Source: Dudresnaya verticillata | Lineage: Eukaryota | NCBI GenBank assembly: GCA_977862235.1 | Contig: OZ374557.1 | Span: 3,658,001 to 3,722,000, forward strand | Length of the DNA stretch: 64,000 nucleotides | Direction of reading: 5' to 3' | Shown here: positions 35,002 through 47,880 of the stretch, in pieces | How the letters are laid out: each line of letters begins with the position of its first letter | Numbering within the stretch: the stretch's first letter is position 1 | Notes under the pieces: generated by a model | What the model was told of the DNA's origin: nothing | Databases searched by the model: none | Seen by the model: the letters and a program-made list of their open reading frames with translations, nothing else | Translations under genes and position numbers: made by a program

Positions 35002-35841
35002 TTACGGGCCATAGCCCATCATGCGCACAAACTCGCCAATGTCGATTTCCTGTACCCGCCCCGAGCACAGTTGCGAAACAGGGTATGCCAAACGCAAACA
35101 AAAATGGTCAGCACAGCTGTTCCGCACTTATCGAATCGCAAAGGCGCAACCTGAGACTGTGACTGTTCGGTCCCGAAAAAAAACTTACACCGTCGCCGTC
35201 CTGATCCGCCTCGTTGATCATCTCCTCGACCTCCTGATCGGAGAGCTTTTCTCCGAGGTTGTTCATGACCTGCCGCAGCTCGGCGGCCGAAATCTTGCCG
35301 GAGCCGTCCTTGTCGAACACCTTGAACGCCTCCAGGATCTCCGCTTCCGAGTCCTTGGTCTTCATCTTGCGCGCCATCAACGTCAGAAACTCGGCAAAGT
35401 CGATCGTCCCGTTGCCGTCCGCGTCCACCTCGTTGATCATCTGGCGGAGCGACTCCTCCGTCGGCTCCTGCCCCAGATTGCGCATCACCGTGCCCAGCTC
35501 CTCAGTTGTGATCGAGCCGTCCCCGTCTTTGTCAAAGAGCGCAAATGCCTGTTGTTTGTTTATGTCAGCATCACCAAACAATGGTGGTAGGACAAAATGT
35601 CGCGGACGCGCCAGGGAAGTAGTGATATGCACACAGTCAGTATAAACGTCTGGCTTGGGATGTGTAACTACCTTAGTACCATACATGAGGTTCACTGGAG
35701 ATATTACTAGACGCACTACAAGCTGCCAATTTCCTGTCAGCTTCGGCCGGGCACAATTGGAGAACAAGCGACTCAACATACCTCTTTGAATTCCTTAATG
35801 GTTTCCTCGGAGAGATCCGGTGAAGCCTTCATTGCTGCCAT
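35002..35841 (-). CDS. CAM: Calmodulin, 3 exons (35841-35782, 35548-35189, 35049-35002), 155 aa
   Basis: Four EF hands ([32 protein letters not shown]); phase-0 GT-AG introns (gtatgt..cag, gtaagt..cag). Confidence 0.95.
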
Positions 35842-38800
35842 GATATTGTAGATGTGAGGTGTCCACGGACAAAGAACTTCGGGTCCAGCCGGGCAGTTGA
35901 GCAGTTGCAAACTAGAACAGCGAGACACAAAAGACGAGCAAGCTGATCGGGTGCGGCTACGGTGGGGGGCTATGAAAGGCGTGAGATGGCTCGAGTATCA
36001 AGTGCACAAACAGGGGATGGAGCGCGGCGGCGGGCAAATGCGGAGAGCGTACCCTTGAAGGGTAGACAGCGCGGGCGCGGGGGAAATGCAGCGATGGAGC
36101 AGACGGTATCATACACGCCTAATGAAAACATTGCGCGTCGCGGCTGCATTGGTCGCTCTGCTGGCCCAACTGCACACCGCGTTTGACAGCATCATGTTGC
36201 GCGCTTTCCAGCAGACAACGCACCACAAATATTTTCCGCAGCGAGAGCCGGCGGCTCCCGTCGCGCGCATTCGCCGTCAGCGCCAACGCGTCATCACGAC
36301 GCGCTCGGCTGCAACCGCCCAATCCGAGTCGGCTCCCGTCGCTCGCAATTGGCCGCGCGAAAATCATGCGCGCAGTCGCACTGCCGTCGAGAGCCAGACC
36401 TGGCAAGGTGCTGGTGCTACCAGCCTTGAGACGGTGCAGCGAGAGAGCGAGGCAATGTTTCTAGCACACGCCTCTCAACGTTTGGAAATGCTCTCTCCGG
36501 CAAGTGCGAGGTCGAAAAAAACATGCAGCACGGCCAAACAGCGTCTGCACGTAGGGCTTTTGGTGACCGATCGCCGACACTGCGATCGCTGACCATTGGC
36601 AGTGTACATGAAATGCATGGACTGCTGGCAATCCAATTACGTTGCGAACGTTCTAAGGCACAGAAACTTTTGCCACTATTGCGCTGAACATAGTAGAAAT
36701 ATAAATAGCATGAGGGGGATTGGTTTTGACCTTGCATGCACCTCTTCGCACTTGACTTGATCCCTCACAATGCTCTCTTTCAAGAGATTTTCTCCTTGAA
36801 ATTGTGCGCACTTTTTGTCTCGAGACTAAGGTGTGCTCTGCTGCGTACTGTAGACGCGTAGACGCATCGCAACTTAGCCTCGCGACTTTTCAGAGTGCAG
36901 AGCAACATGGTACAACACAGGGTTGTACCTCGAACATCGAATCACAGCGAGCGCAGCGTCAATTTACAATGCAGGGGCCACACCGCTTTCCTTGACCCCC
37001 TTCCCCACTTTTCCAGGATGCCTAAATATCAGCAAGCGTACCCCTAATCAACTTATCTGTATAGAAGATATTGTGCAGGTCACTGCTGCAGGATACCATA
37101 GAACTGCATTTGCTTGAACATCAACACAATACGCTCAGCGTTAGTCAAAACATTTTGCAAACTCTGCATATGCACTCAGGTCCACACACTGTGCAACTCA
37201 AAAGAGATTTTATCTATAAATAGTTCGGACTGTTGCTCTGTTTCCAATTACTAAACCCCCGTTCTCGCGGCTGAATCTGTTGCCGACACGACTTGCGCGG
37301 TAGGTAGAGGAAGGCTACTGTTCGAACAGTATGGGGGAAGAAGGACAGGGGCTTGTCGACAGTATACAGAGGTTTTCGAGAGAACGCATGATTCTGTTGT
37401 TTATAGCTTACAATGTAGCATGCCCAACAAAGCGTGTTGAGTTGTTATCGAAATTATTGATACGCATTCATCCTGTTTGGTCCATGCCAAGCATCTATAG
37501 CCCATTGATTGGTTGCTTCGCTGCCAACGTTTTCGTTGCTCCTTCCGCAACTTAAAAAGGTGCTGCGACGACAGGGGCGAGAGGGCGTTCACAACTTCAA
37601 AGCCCCGCTTTGCCTTCACCAATCTGATCTTTTTACGTTTGCTCATTTTTAACCACATTCAAGTATTGTACACTTCTCAACATAGAAAGAGACAACAATG
37701 CCTTTTTCGCCCAGCGCGCAGAGCATGAGTTGCTATGCCTGTGTGCAGCTACAAGATATTTGAACCTTGTGCCTTTCAGATCCTGTTGCACCACTCGCTT
37801 CTTAACAGAAAGCCAACCTTAATGTCGCAGACGCATCCTATTCATACTTCTTCTACCAGAAAAGGGAGGCAGTGTCGACGTACCAACTCAGTCTAATTTC
37901 TGTTTCCAGAATGGGTTCTGGCTTAGACTCTGAACAACTGTCACGCTCTTCTAAACTTAGCTCCCTGATCGTCTTCTGTGATGCTAGATGTGCGCTGCTT
38001 TTGGTTTGCAATGCATTTCTAAGCGAAAATAGAAATCTATTGTAGTGAATGTTGTTGATGCAGAGAGAATTAGCAGCTGAGTGATCGCTCTGCCAGGCAG
38101 CAGATGATAAATCCACACTTCTTTTATTCTTTAAGAGGGAGGGAGGCCTTACTTAAATTGCTGACTTCCTGTGTGTGTCATGGAAAGATGGGCGCGGAAC
38201 AATGAAGGGCGCTATTCTTCAGCCAGAAAATAGCCTGAATAAGCCAGGGACACATTTGGATTTAGGAAGCAATCTTACCACGGAGATGCTAAAAATTGAA
38301 GGTTAACCGTTAAGAGAAGCGGAGAACCTCTTTAATATTATTACATTTCAACTCATTACTTTCCTGCGGGCTGGTGCCTTTTAGAGCAATTCCTCTTTGT
38401 TGACGACTATTACTGCCTGTAAAAGAACTACTCTAAATGCGCTGTGTTCCAGCCTATACATCACATTTCTCAAAACGATGCAATGAGAGTGATTGCAACA
38501 ACATGGAATCCCCGAGATGCAGGGTACTTGTGTTGGAAATAAATTGTGGTACAGTTTGTGCATTTGTGGCATCGTATCTCGCGTTCTGTTCCGATCTCTG
38601 GGAACCTGAACGTGGTATCAGGTAATGTTCATCTCGGTTGATCCTTTGTGATGTGTTGGCACTGTCGCCACAGCGACGGATAAGATGCGCTGCATCTCAT
38701 CTCTGATATGCGGACCATTCTGTTGAAGTTACCAAGTTTCAGAGTGTATTGGTGGTGGACTAATAAGCACAGGCATGAAATGGATCGAATACACGGTATT

Positions 38801-39551
38801 AACTGTACCGCCAGTAAAACGTACAACTATGCGTATGTTCCTCGTTGCAGCACAGCATGTGGCTGAATCGTTGGAAATATAACAGAGTTGTGTATGTTAA
38901 CATTGGTGTAGATCTTAAATACCCTTTTAACGGTATTAACCACAATGTAAAACTGGCAAAATGAAGCACAACGAGTCACAGCGATGGGATCTGTCGCTCC
39001 GCAAGATAGCGATATGAATTCCTCGAACTTCGAGACGAAACAAAGAGAATCTTTGCCTGATCCCTGCGACTAACACGAAGTCAATACACAACAGTATGTT
39101 AACCTCGCAGCATGAAGACGGAAGAAAATGCGGGGCCCTACGCCAGGGGGGCATTTGACACTTGGAAGTGCTGCAGACGCAGAAATGACGGGAACGAGCT
39201 GCAAGCAACTCATTCATATTCGCCTTTTCGGAAACTACATGAGACACTGGTTGGTATGACACGTCGTCATCGGAGCCGACAACGCGGGTAGGTTCCCCTA
39301 GTGAAATGGCGAAGACAACAACAAGGCATTTCGTGGTCACGGGTACAGTTTATTCGCACACACTTTGGTGCATTCGGAGCGATATTAGGTCCTGTACTAC
39401 AGTATGTTACGCTCAGTCGAGAAGGAAGATGAGCGGGAAGGGCCCAACTGTCGGCTGCAGGGGCTTGGAGGCGGAAGGTGCGACCCTATTTCGGCGCGTG
39501 TCGATGGTGAATCTAAGCAACACGTTATTCGTGGGGAGCCGTGGTGAATTG

Positions 39552-39669
39552 AGTTGGCAATGCAGGACAGCAAGAGTGCCATCAGGCAATGCAGGACAGC
39601 AAGAGTGGCTGATGCAGGACAGCAAGTGTGAGTGCCTGATGGCACTCTTGCTGTCCTGCATTGCCAACT
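39552..39669. repeat. Fold-back element: 37-bp perfect inverted arms around tandem ATGCAGGACAGCAAG copies
   Basis: agttggcaatgcaggacagcaagagtgccatcaggca ... tgcctgatggcactcttgctgtcctgcattgccaact. Confidence 0.9.
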
Positions 39670-39898
39670 ATCAACTACTGTAGCGTACTTGAGGGAAGCG
39701 TCGCACAGGAAGGCACTAGCGGAATCACATTAGGTGGCGGCGGGCACGGTGGGTGATACTGTAAGGGAGTGAGAGCAAAGGGGTCTTGTTGCGCAGGTCG
39801 TCACTTCGAAAGGGAAAAGCGCGATCGGGTCGTGGCCGGTGGCGCGTGAATGAAGAGCAGGGGGGTGCACTTCGGGGGCCTGGGCCGAGAGAAGGGTC

Positions 39899-39975
39899 CG
39901 TCGCTGGGCCGGCCGCTGGGCCGGCCACTGCGCCGGCCGCTGGGCCGGCCACTGCGCCGGTCGCTGTCCGGGCCA
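39899..39975. repeat. GC-rich 12-bp minisatellite
   Basis: Units like ccggccgctggg/ccggccactgcg, about 6 copies. Confidence 0.75.
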
Positions 39976-41583
39976 CGTTGCTGGGCAGGCTGCGGCAGCA
40001 GAAGAACGCGTAGATGGCCAGTAAAGCCCTTGTCATTGGCCAAAGGCGACCGAGTGGGCGCTTCAAACCCCTCCAGTAGTGTGCTCACTGCTCACGGCTG
40101 AATTGCAAACATGAAACAATGTCTTCACGTGCGACGAGTGGACCGTGCGCGGGCCACCTGCATGCGTTGGTGTGCCCCAGCGCGCCACGGCCTTTGTTAT
40201 TACTGCAGTAGTACTACCTTCGAGGGTATCCAACAAAACGCTAAAATGAGAATTCCAACGGTAAGGAGCTTCAATTCCAAGTTGGAAACCCGACTTCCAA
40301 TGCGCAATCACCAATCACAAGGAGAGAGCTTTACAGCAGGGGGCTGCGAAACGCAGCATGCCACCTCTCGCTCTCAATGGCCCAATGTGGCGGCGGCGGC
40401 GGGTGATTCCGATCAAATTAAACCTTCCTTATCCAATGATACGCGTCGAGTAGACACCGTCGCTATCTATTTCCATTCTGTGTCATCCACATAAACGCAC
40501 GGTCTAACCTTACGCGAGATGAATGCAATTAACAGCTGGCGAGGCCGCGGGCACGCTGCTCAGTTGTAGCCAATGAATGGGGCAGGGGATTGCCCCTTAC
40601 AATGGGAGACTCGGACTGACGAATTTGGGCCACACGGCGGGCCATGAAGGACTGTTGACATCGTCAAAGACCTATTGTTGGTATGTGATTTCAATTTCGT
40701 CACTGTCGTTCGTTTACGACACGTGCTCGGCGCGCCGTATTATTAGGCGTCCCATTACTGTTATTTGCAGCAGGAGTACATATCAGTATTGAATGGTATT
40801 AATGGTCGTTGGCTACACTTTTTCAGCAATGCTGCCCTTGCTGCCTGCCCCGCCTGCCCTGCATGCCAGACACTGGACACGTTCGGCTCCGCGGAGCACC
40901 AACTTGTACAAGTTGGAATCCGCCAAAACGTCTTTGTTTGGCAGCCGCTCTTCTAAACGCTTTGCGTCGACATTTCGCGCGGTGCGGAATATGTAGCACT
41001 AACCTGTGCGTGTGCTGTCCCTTTTTTGCCGCTCGAGTTGTCGGACCGATGCCGCAGGGCCACCGGTCGCAAAGCCCGACAGAGGCGTGCCATCCAGGGA
41101 TGGCCACAACCACACCCGACAGGGCGGCACAGCATAGCACAAGGTGGTAGCGAGAACTGACGTCTCCACAGTATGATATAGACACGTCCGCCTCTTGCTT
41201 CGCGCGTGACAGACGTGGTGCCGGCCCAGCTTCCCGTGCCCGACAGCCTGCCGGTGCCCCGAGCGGTGCGTCTGCGTCGCGTGGACCCCACTCCGACAGT
41301 AGAAGTGGGTGCCAGTGCCATCATTCGAAGGTGCCCCACGCGTGCTCCCCTCAGAACACGTTGCCCAGCCCTCACACCCGCCTATATCCCCATGCTGCGC
41401 CCATACCTATGAAGCCCCTGCCCGGAGCTCCCGGGACACCCACTTACTACCTGTAACACCCCTCCAGCACTAGCGTTTTTCCTCCGCCGTCTTCAGCCTC
41501 ACCTGTGCAACTCTCATCTCGGGGCGAAACCCCTCCCGAACAAGTCTCGCCCCGCTACTGCCACCCCACCAACGTCAAGCCCT

Positions 41584-42729
41584 ATGTCGCCCAGCCAGTC
41601 TCTATCCAAGCCCGCGCTCCTCCTCTCGCACTTGCGGCTAAAGCCGCACTACCTGCTAGTCCTGGTGGCCTGGTCAGTTTTCCTCACGCACATCCTTTCG
41701 AAGCGACGGATTGCGCACTTTTCCCCTTCGGATCCGACCAGCCCTGAGTCGCTGGATACCCGCGGGCGAGAAGCTGCCGAGTTATTAAAGTACATCTCGC
41801 GCCAGAGCAACCTGCGCGAGCGCCTGCTCACGTCGCTCCCCGTTTGTGCGACCCAAGGACAGGCATCCTCTTTCCTTATCGTCTTCATGGGGCACTCAGG
41901 CTCCACCGCTATCATTACTGCCCTGCAGCAACACTCAGCCGTGCATGTCTCCGAACTGGAGCCGGTTGACCACGGCAAATTTGTTGAAGGAGAAAAGAAG
42001 GAGGCCGCCAGAAGAGCTCTCAACCGGATGGAGCAGTATTTTCGGAACGGCACAATGCAAGGGAAAACAGCTGGGTTTAAGATCCGCCCACGCCACATTC
42101 TTGCTTCACCAGAAGATTTCGCAAATGTGATTGCCAAACATAATACAAGAATTGTGTGGTCGTACAGAGGGAACGTGCTGAAGCAGGCCTTGGGCGATTA
42201 TGTCATTCGCTTCGAGGGGGATAAAAGCGGTTTCGAAGGACTGCAGGTGCAGTCCAACGGGAGCGCCATGGAACCAGACAGACGAGCAAAGACTTTTCGC
42301 GTCCAAGATATGGGCGCTTTGCACCAGATGCTTACAAGTCGTGTGAATGGCGATAAGCTGGTTTCTCAAGCCCTGTCTGCGATTAAACCGGATGGCTGTG
42401 TCTTACCTGTCAGCTACGAGAGCTTTTTGGCTCAGCCTGAGGTTACCGTAGAAAGGATTCAACTCTTTCTTGGGCTGGGGAATGACGAGCTCCATTCATC
42501 TTTACGAGCGAAGGCGACACAGGACTCTATTTGTACATTGGTTGAGAATTGGGACGAACTATGCCAGGCTTTCTTCGGATGTGAGGCGTGGAGATGGATG
42601 CTTGACGACTTCGAGAACGGATGTTCTTGTTCGGCGTTGCATCCATCCCATTTTTCTAAATCGAGTAAGTATTGCTCGAAAGAGTTCGTGCAACGAAAGG
42701 CAGGCGTGAAGACCGGCTTAGGAGGATGA
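41584..42729 (+). CDS. Type II membrane (Golgi-type) sulfotransferase
   Basis: N-terminal TM (YLLVLVAWSVFL), 5'-PSB-like FMGHSGSTAI, GFK, YRGNVLKQALG, VSYESFL. Confidence 0.8.
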   Translation: MSPSQSLSKPALLLSHLRLKPHYLLVLVAWSVFLTHILSKRRIAHFSPSDPTSPESLDTRGREAAELLKYISRQSNLRERLLTSLPVCATQGQASSFLIVFMGHSGSTAIITALQQHSAVHVSELEPVDHGKFVEGEKKEAARRALNRMEQYFRNGTMQGKTAGFKIRPRHILASPEDFANVIAKHNTRIVWSYRGNVLKQALGDYVIRFEGDKSGFEGLQVQSNGSAMEPDRRAKTFRVQDMGALHQMLTSRVNGDKLVSQALSAIKPDGCVLPVSYESFLAQPEVTVERIQLFLGLGNDELHSSLRAKATQDSICTLVENWDELCQAFFGCEAWRWMLDDFENGCSCSALHPSHFSKSSKYCSKEFVQRKAGVKTGLGG

Positions 42730-43819
42730 AGTGGCTTTCGCTTTCGGGAGCTGAAAACGATTTGGTGCAGGACATTACATCGTCATGTCCGGCGATAGAG
42801 ACATCTCCATGATGGATATTCTATTGGGATAAAACGAGCTGTAGGGGGACCGTGGAGAGCGTCCTGCTATAGCAGATCGGGCTTGCCAAAAACTAGTCAG
42901 AAAAAGAAGTTCACCCGAAGAAGCAAGCACAATGACTTGTGTGACCAATGATCTTCGCCAGCAGAGAAATATATCATGATGCAGAAGGCCTGATTTGGCT
43001 TCTGACCGGGCTTAGAGGCGCTCTAACATATTTCTCTAGTAACACCTCTACGCACTCAGCAGACATGTACGAGACGTGTACATGTGCTGAGAAAGCACAA
43101 CGTTTCCGAACTTACCCCAAAACAGAGACCCGTGGATCTTGCCATCATCTTTCAACTGAGCGACAGCGATGCTCTAGATCCATCTACGAGCATTTCTTGC
43201 ACGCGAAAGTCAGACTTCCGCGGGAAACGAAACCCTCTGAGCTGAACGGTTACCGTAATTGCACACCAGAATCGTGAGGGCTATTGGGTACTGGTTACGA
43301 GGGTGTTGCTGGTGCATGACCTGGGGTGCCCTTGAGGCGGACCTCACATTTTCTTTGCAGCACCCGCACTAGACAATTGCTTCCTCTGGGCATTGAGCTC
43401 GATAAGCTAAGGGGAACGGTACTCTCTGCGGTAACAATGATGATTGGGTTGGGCGTGCTGAGCTTGCTGATATCTCATTGCTGTTTGAAGGACAGGTTCC
43501 CTACTGGGCGTCAGAGCCCCGAAGTTGAGTTTGTTACCAATCAAGTCTAAGGAGGGGCTTCATCAAGAAGTTCAAAACCGTCCCGGACCCGCAAGTTGCC
43601 TTTACAATATATTCAAGCTTCCCCAAGCGATATACTGTCGCATGCCATGACAGGACACAAGGTGCTGCACAATTCGTCTCATCTTCGCAACGAGTACCAT
43701 ATCAGGACAAAAGCATACGAACGACCAACTGCATACAGTAGCTGGGTCCTTGCCCGACGTTAAATCAACCCCCCTCACACCATCCCAACTTGGACACGTG
43801 CAGCATCCAGGAGCAACAC

Positions 43820-44260
43820 TCAATAATTGCTAATCGCAGTCTCTGCAGCAGCGGCGTACAGCATCCCCACTGAGATCATAGAAGCGAAGAACGAAGCTGA
43901 TCGGAGCATTCCATTAGCGACCTGTGGGGCGGTATAAGCGAGAGTGTACGCGAGGCGAGTCTTGAGGTAATACCCGGTGAGCTTGGATAGCGTTTCGGGC
44001 GGGACGCGCACAGCCACAGCGACTGCGACCCCGGCGGCGTAGTAGCCCAGCGTCTCGAGCTGGTTGTTATGTGCGGCCAGCATGCGCCCCGCCACACCCT
44101 GCAGTTCCTTCGACATGCCCGTAACCTGCCCTTCCCGGTCGCGCGGCTGCGTGTTGTTCATCTTCCCTCCCCCCACCATTACCAGCACCGCCCGCCCGAT
44201 CACAGGAGCTACCGCTAGCCCCCATGCGATGGGCACGCTCCAGATCGCTGCGGATGCCAT
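43820..44260 (-). CDS. MAPEG family membrane protein
   Basis: NTQPR, RMLAAHNNQLE, RLAYTLAY, RSASF motifs; ATG at 44260. Confidence 0.88.
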   Translation of the reverse strand: MASAAIWSVPIAWGLAVAPVIGRAVLVMVGGGKMNNTQPRDREGQVTGMSKELQGVAGRMLAAHNNQLETLGYYAAGVAVAVAVRVPPETLSKLTGYYLKTRLAYTLAYTAPQVANGMLRSASFFASMISVGMLYAAAAETAISNY

Positions 44261-46101
44261 TGAGGAAGTGGGATTCGTCGGCAAGGCTAGTGGGGTCTTT
44301 GTGCGGTATGAGCCCAGCAGCGTGTCCAACAGCGTCAATGGCGGTGTCGTCTCTGAGAATACGCCGGTAGTTTCGCGCCTGTAGGTTGCTCGAGATGCGA
44401 TCAGGGTCTAAGTACAGATGTGTCGTCCGGCCAGACCTGCCATGAAACGGTGCGGGAATGCGGGCATGACATCTGGTGTGTGATGGAAGGAGGTGACGAC
44501 GGCTGCTAGAGGACAACTTCTTGATATGGAAATATTTCTACGCCGGCCATAATGGCTGAAGAAGCCCTCGATAAATGCATAGAGCTGTTGCCCCAAAACT
44601 GTAGCATCAACTTGAGGCCAATTTGATGACATGACTTCGTGTATACAATTGCATACCTGGGCAAGTTCTCTGCTGTACTGTTATTCAACTGTACTGTAGA
44701 GAGGTGCAAGGGGCATCTCTCCATCAGCGCGTGGTGATGGAGCTCATATGAGGTAGATTCTCTAAAATTCTCTCGCAGATCTGAGGTTCTCTCAAACATC
44801 TTTTTGTTCTCCATAAGTTCTCACTATCACAAACTCTCTGTCGGGGCACCTGCAAAGGCATCTGACGTCTGCCAAGGGTAAAATAGTTCTTGAACTGGGT
44901 CTTCAATCCAATCCATGAAAGCTATCTCCGCCTCGCAGCTCTTTGAAGCACGTCTTTGCCACGGTGGCCCAACGCGATGATGGGTCGTGTCCCACATTAG
45001 CGAAGATGTACCTGGGCAGCTTATGACGTGCACTCTGCGACCACGCAGAAGCGCTGAACCCAGTCGGCAACGGCATCTCCAGAGGATGTATGTATCATAT
45101 CGTACTATGCGAAGGCTGCCAGACTGTACTCCCGTGACGAAGGGCTCGATGGCCGGCAGGCTGCAGAGAGGATTATAGTGTCCGCATCGTACAAAGTTTG
45201 AACGAATGACGGGCACCACGCCCAGACATCACTTTGTGCAAACTACTCGAATTCCTGTCCAACAGAGCGATGAGAATAACAGATCCTACATATGACTGAA
45301 GCAAACAGCCGACGCATACTATACTGTCGTCAGACTGTTCTGGCAGTTGGCCTGGTGTGCTCAGTCGTCAAAATTGCTCTTTTTCAGTGCAAGGTTTTGG
45401 TCCAGTTTATTGCATCCTAAGCTTCGGATTAACACTCCACTGGTTCGTCACTAGGCGTGCAAGTCCCACAGTAGGGCGCTAAAGAGGTGCGCTGTGCAGC
45501 TCTTAATGCTTGGGACGAGCATGGTAACACCTGAGCGTCTAATTAGCGCTTACAAACACATCGCATGCGGAACTGCGAGTTTGCTCTACCGGTGTTAGAG
45601 CCCTAGTGAGTAGCCCCGTATAGAGCTTTCTACTGCAGGCTCTCAAGTGCATGTCTAGACCTCGTTGCGAGTTAGTGTTGCAGAACTGACTGCGGGTAAC
45701 TGAGCATTTATGAGCACATGAGCAGAATCCATCTCCATTCAAAGACAGAAGATAGAGGACAATGAATATGACGGACCAACTTACCGTCATATCCCTTGTT
45801 TCGTACGTGGCGCATCATGAATGTGGTGGGGTACCCTCTGGTGCATACGACACAAGGTCGCAAAGCGAACGGCACTGGAAGCCTTTATTGACAAGCTCAT
45901 AAACTTCCCCGCACAGGTTTCAATATTTGAAACACCAACAGCGTTGAGCCAGAGCGTTGAGCTACTCGTCGTCGAGAGCTGCTTGCCGATGCCACAATAC
46001 TATGACAAAACTCATCATGAACTGCTCACGCTCTCTGCAGGCAGTTAAGCTCTTATGGGCACATCGACTCGAACAACCGCAGGACGGAGGGAAGAGAGGA
46101 C

Positions 46102-46521
46102 CTAGAGCTCTTCTTCACCTGACTCATCCCAACCCAGCAGCTCGACCTTAAAGTTGAGGGTGGCCTTTTCCGGGATGACTGGGGGGTATCCCTGATCGCC
46201 GTACGCCAGGTGACTCGGGATGACAAGGTTGCGAATCTCGCCTTTGCACATGCCCAACAATCCCTGGTCCCAGCCCTTGATTACCATTCCCTCGCCAAGT
46301 GTGAAGCCAAACGGGTCGCCGCGCTTGTACGAACTATCGAACTCCGAGCCGTCCTGCAACGTGCCCGCGTAGTGCATCTTGAGCGCGTCGCCGTTTTTCG
46401 CCGTTCGGCTGCAGTCTCCCGACTTGATCGTCTCAATAATCAGCTCCGGCTTGCCTTCCGCTGCTGCCAAGGAGATGAGAGTGGCGGCCGCAAACGCGGC
46501 AAGGATGATCTTGGGGATCAT
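46102..46521 (-). CDS. FKBP2: ER-luminal FKBP-type peptidyl-prolyl isomerase
   Basis: Signal peptide, MHYAGTL, FDSSY, VIKGWDQGL, C-terminal EEEL. Confidence 0.95.
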   Translation of the reverse strand: MIPKIILAAFAAATLISLAAAEGKPELIIETIKSGDCSRTAKNGDALKMHYAGTLQDGSEFDSSYKRGDPFGFTLGEGMVIKGWDQGLLGMCKGEIRNLVIPSHLAYGDQGYPPVIPEKATLNFKVELLGWDESGEEEL

Positions 46522-46977
46522 GTCGAAGATCGGAAGTCGACACGGTTGACGATCGCAAGACTGGGCAACACGTTGGTTGGTGCCCTGCTTGGTGCTTCTG
46601 CCCACCGTGTGGGAATGTGAGCAGTTCGGGTTTGCATTACGGCTACTGCATGGATCACGGTAAAGCGGATCATGTGGAGAGGTGCGATCGGTCGTGCGGT
46701 GAACAGAGCCAAGTTGACTGATCCATGTATTTCAGAAATTTCTGAGAGTGCCGGTTCATTACTGTTCAATTGGATTCGCCGCTAACTGCATTGCTCCCAA
46801 AGCAATTTCCGCCCATTCTCACAATTACAAAGACCTGTTAGCCAGCACCTGGCCAGTACAGTAGGGTCTGAGCGATTCCCGCCCGCGCCCAAACGCGCCG
46901 ACCGACCTGAAGCACTACTCAACACGCGCCTGAAAAGCCTTGGACACAGCTGAGTCGTCTTCTCGCGGATCAATAGG

Positions 46978-47880
46978 ATGGACGACGCAAAGACCCCACC
47001 GAAGCCGCGCGACGCGCGCACAATGGAGGCAATTCTCAAGGCGATGGGCGTGGAGAGCTACGACCCGCGCGTCGTCAACCAGCTGCTCGAGCTGGAGTAC
47101 CGCTACATCACCCAAGTGCTTCGCGAGGCGCACTCGTTCTCCGAGCATGCCGAGAAGCAGTCCATCGACATGGACGACGTGCGCCTTGCTATTCGCTCCA
47201 AATGCGCGTTCACGTTCACTCAGCCGCCGCCGCGCGAGACCACCATGCTCCTCGCCGCGGAGCGTAACTCAATCCCGCTGCCGCCCATCGAACAGCGTGC
47301 AGGCGTCGCCCTTCCGCCAGCTAAGAACCAGCTTACGGCCCAGTCGTACCAAGTCGTTGTCACCCCGAAAAAGCGCGGCCCGCGGTCGGCGCAGTATGCG
47401 AGCCCCAAACGCCCACGCCTCGTTTCATCTCCGGTCAAGCCGTTAACCTCTGCGCCTGCCCGAACTCCTGACAAGAGTCCTGGGTCATCCAGAATTGTCG
47501 GCCCGAGAAGCGCCCCGTCGCCGAAACCCATGAACGTGGACAGCCCGGCGAAGCAAGCAACTCCGAACGGCAAGAAGTCTCCTGCCCCCAGGTTGCTGCC
47601 GCCAGCCGCTACGCCTGGTTTGCCTCCCATTCATCAGAAAAGCCCGATAAAGAGTTCTGCCTCGCCTAGAACGGGTGCGGCGGGAAGCGCTCCTAGTCAA
47701 GCAGGAGTGGGCAAGCCTGCAGCGCCGCCTAGCTCGGATGTTGTGGTCATAGATGATGAGCCGGAGAAATCAGCAACAGTGGGTGTTTTGGATACTATCA
47801 AGACCCCTGACGCCGCGCAGGTGTCTGTGTCTGGAACGCCCGCAGCGCCAAAGACTGCCACGGTATCTAAGCCGAGTTAG
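46978..47880 (+). CDS. TAF9: TFIID subunit 9 with long Pro/Ser-rich tail
   Basis: PRDA...ILKAMGVESYDPRVVNQLLE..YRY...DDVRLAI...PPPRE histone fold. Confidence 0.95.
   Translation: MDDAKTPPKPRDARTMEAILKAMGVESYDPRVVNQLLELEYRYITQVLREAHSFSEHAEKQSIDMDDVRLAIRSKCAFTFTQPPPRETTMLLAAERNSIPLPPIEQRAGVALPPAKNQLTAQSYQVVVTPKKRGPRSAQYASPKRPRLVSSPVKPLTSAPARTPDKSPGSSRIVGPRSAPSPKPMNVDSPAKQATPNGKKSPAPRLLPPAATPGLPPIHQKSPIKSSASPRTGAAGSAPSQAGVGKPAAPPSSDVVVIDDEPEKSATVGVLDTIKTPDAAQVSVSGTPAAPKTATVSKPS

Noticed and set aside
33538..35154. Overlapping Arg/Pro-rich ORFs on the MBL gene (likewise 48321-49590 over SPP)
   Set aside because: Shadow frames of high-GC3 coding sequence
35108..35779. 223-aa calmodulin ORF as a single exon
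   Set aside because: It reads through both introns; the spliced model gives four complete EF hands
36600..38400. Possible decayed TE or pseudogene (also 44500-45220)
   Set aside because: No recognisable motifs in any frame
39552..39669. CRISPR-like array (also 20156-20287)
   Set aside because: No regular unique spacers, no cas genes, eukaryotic context
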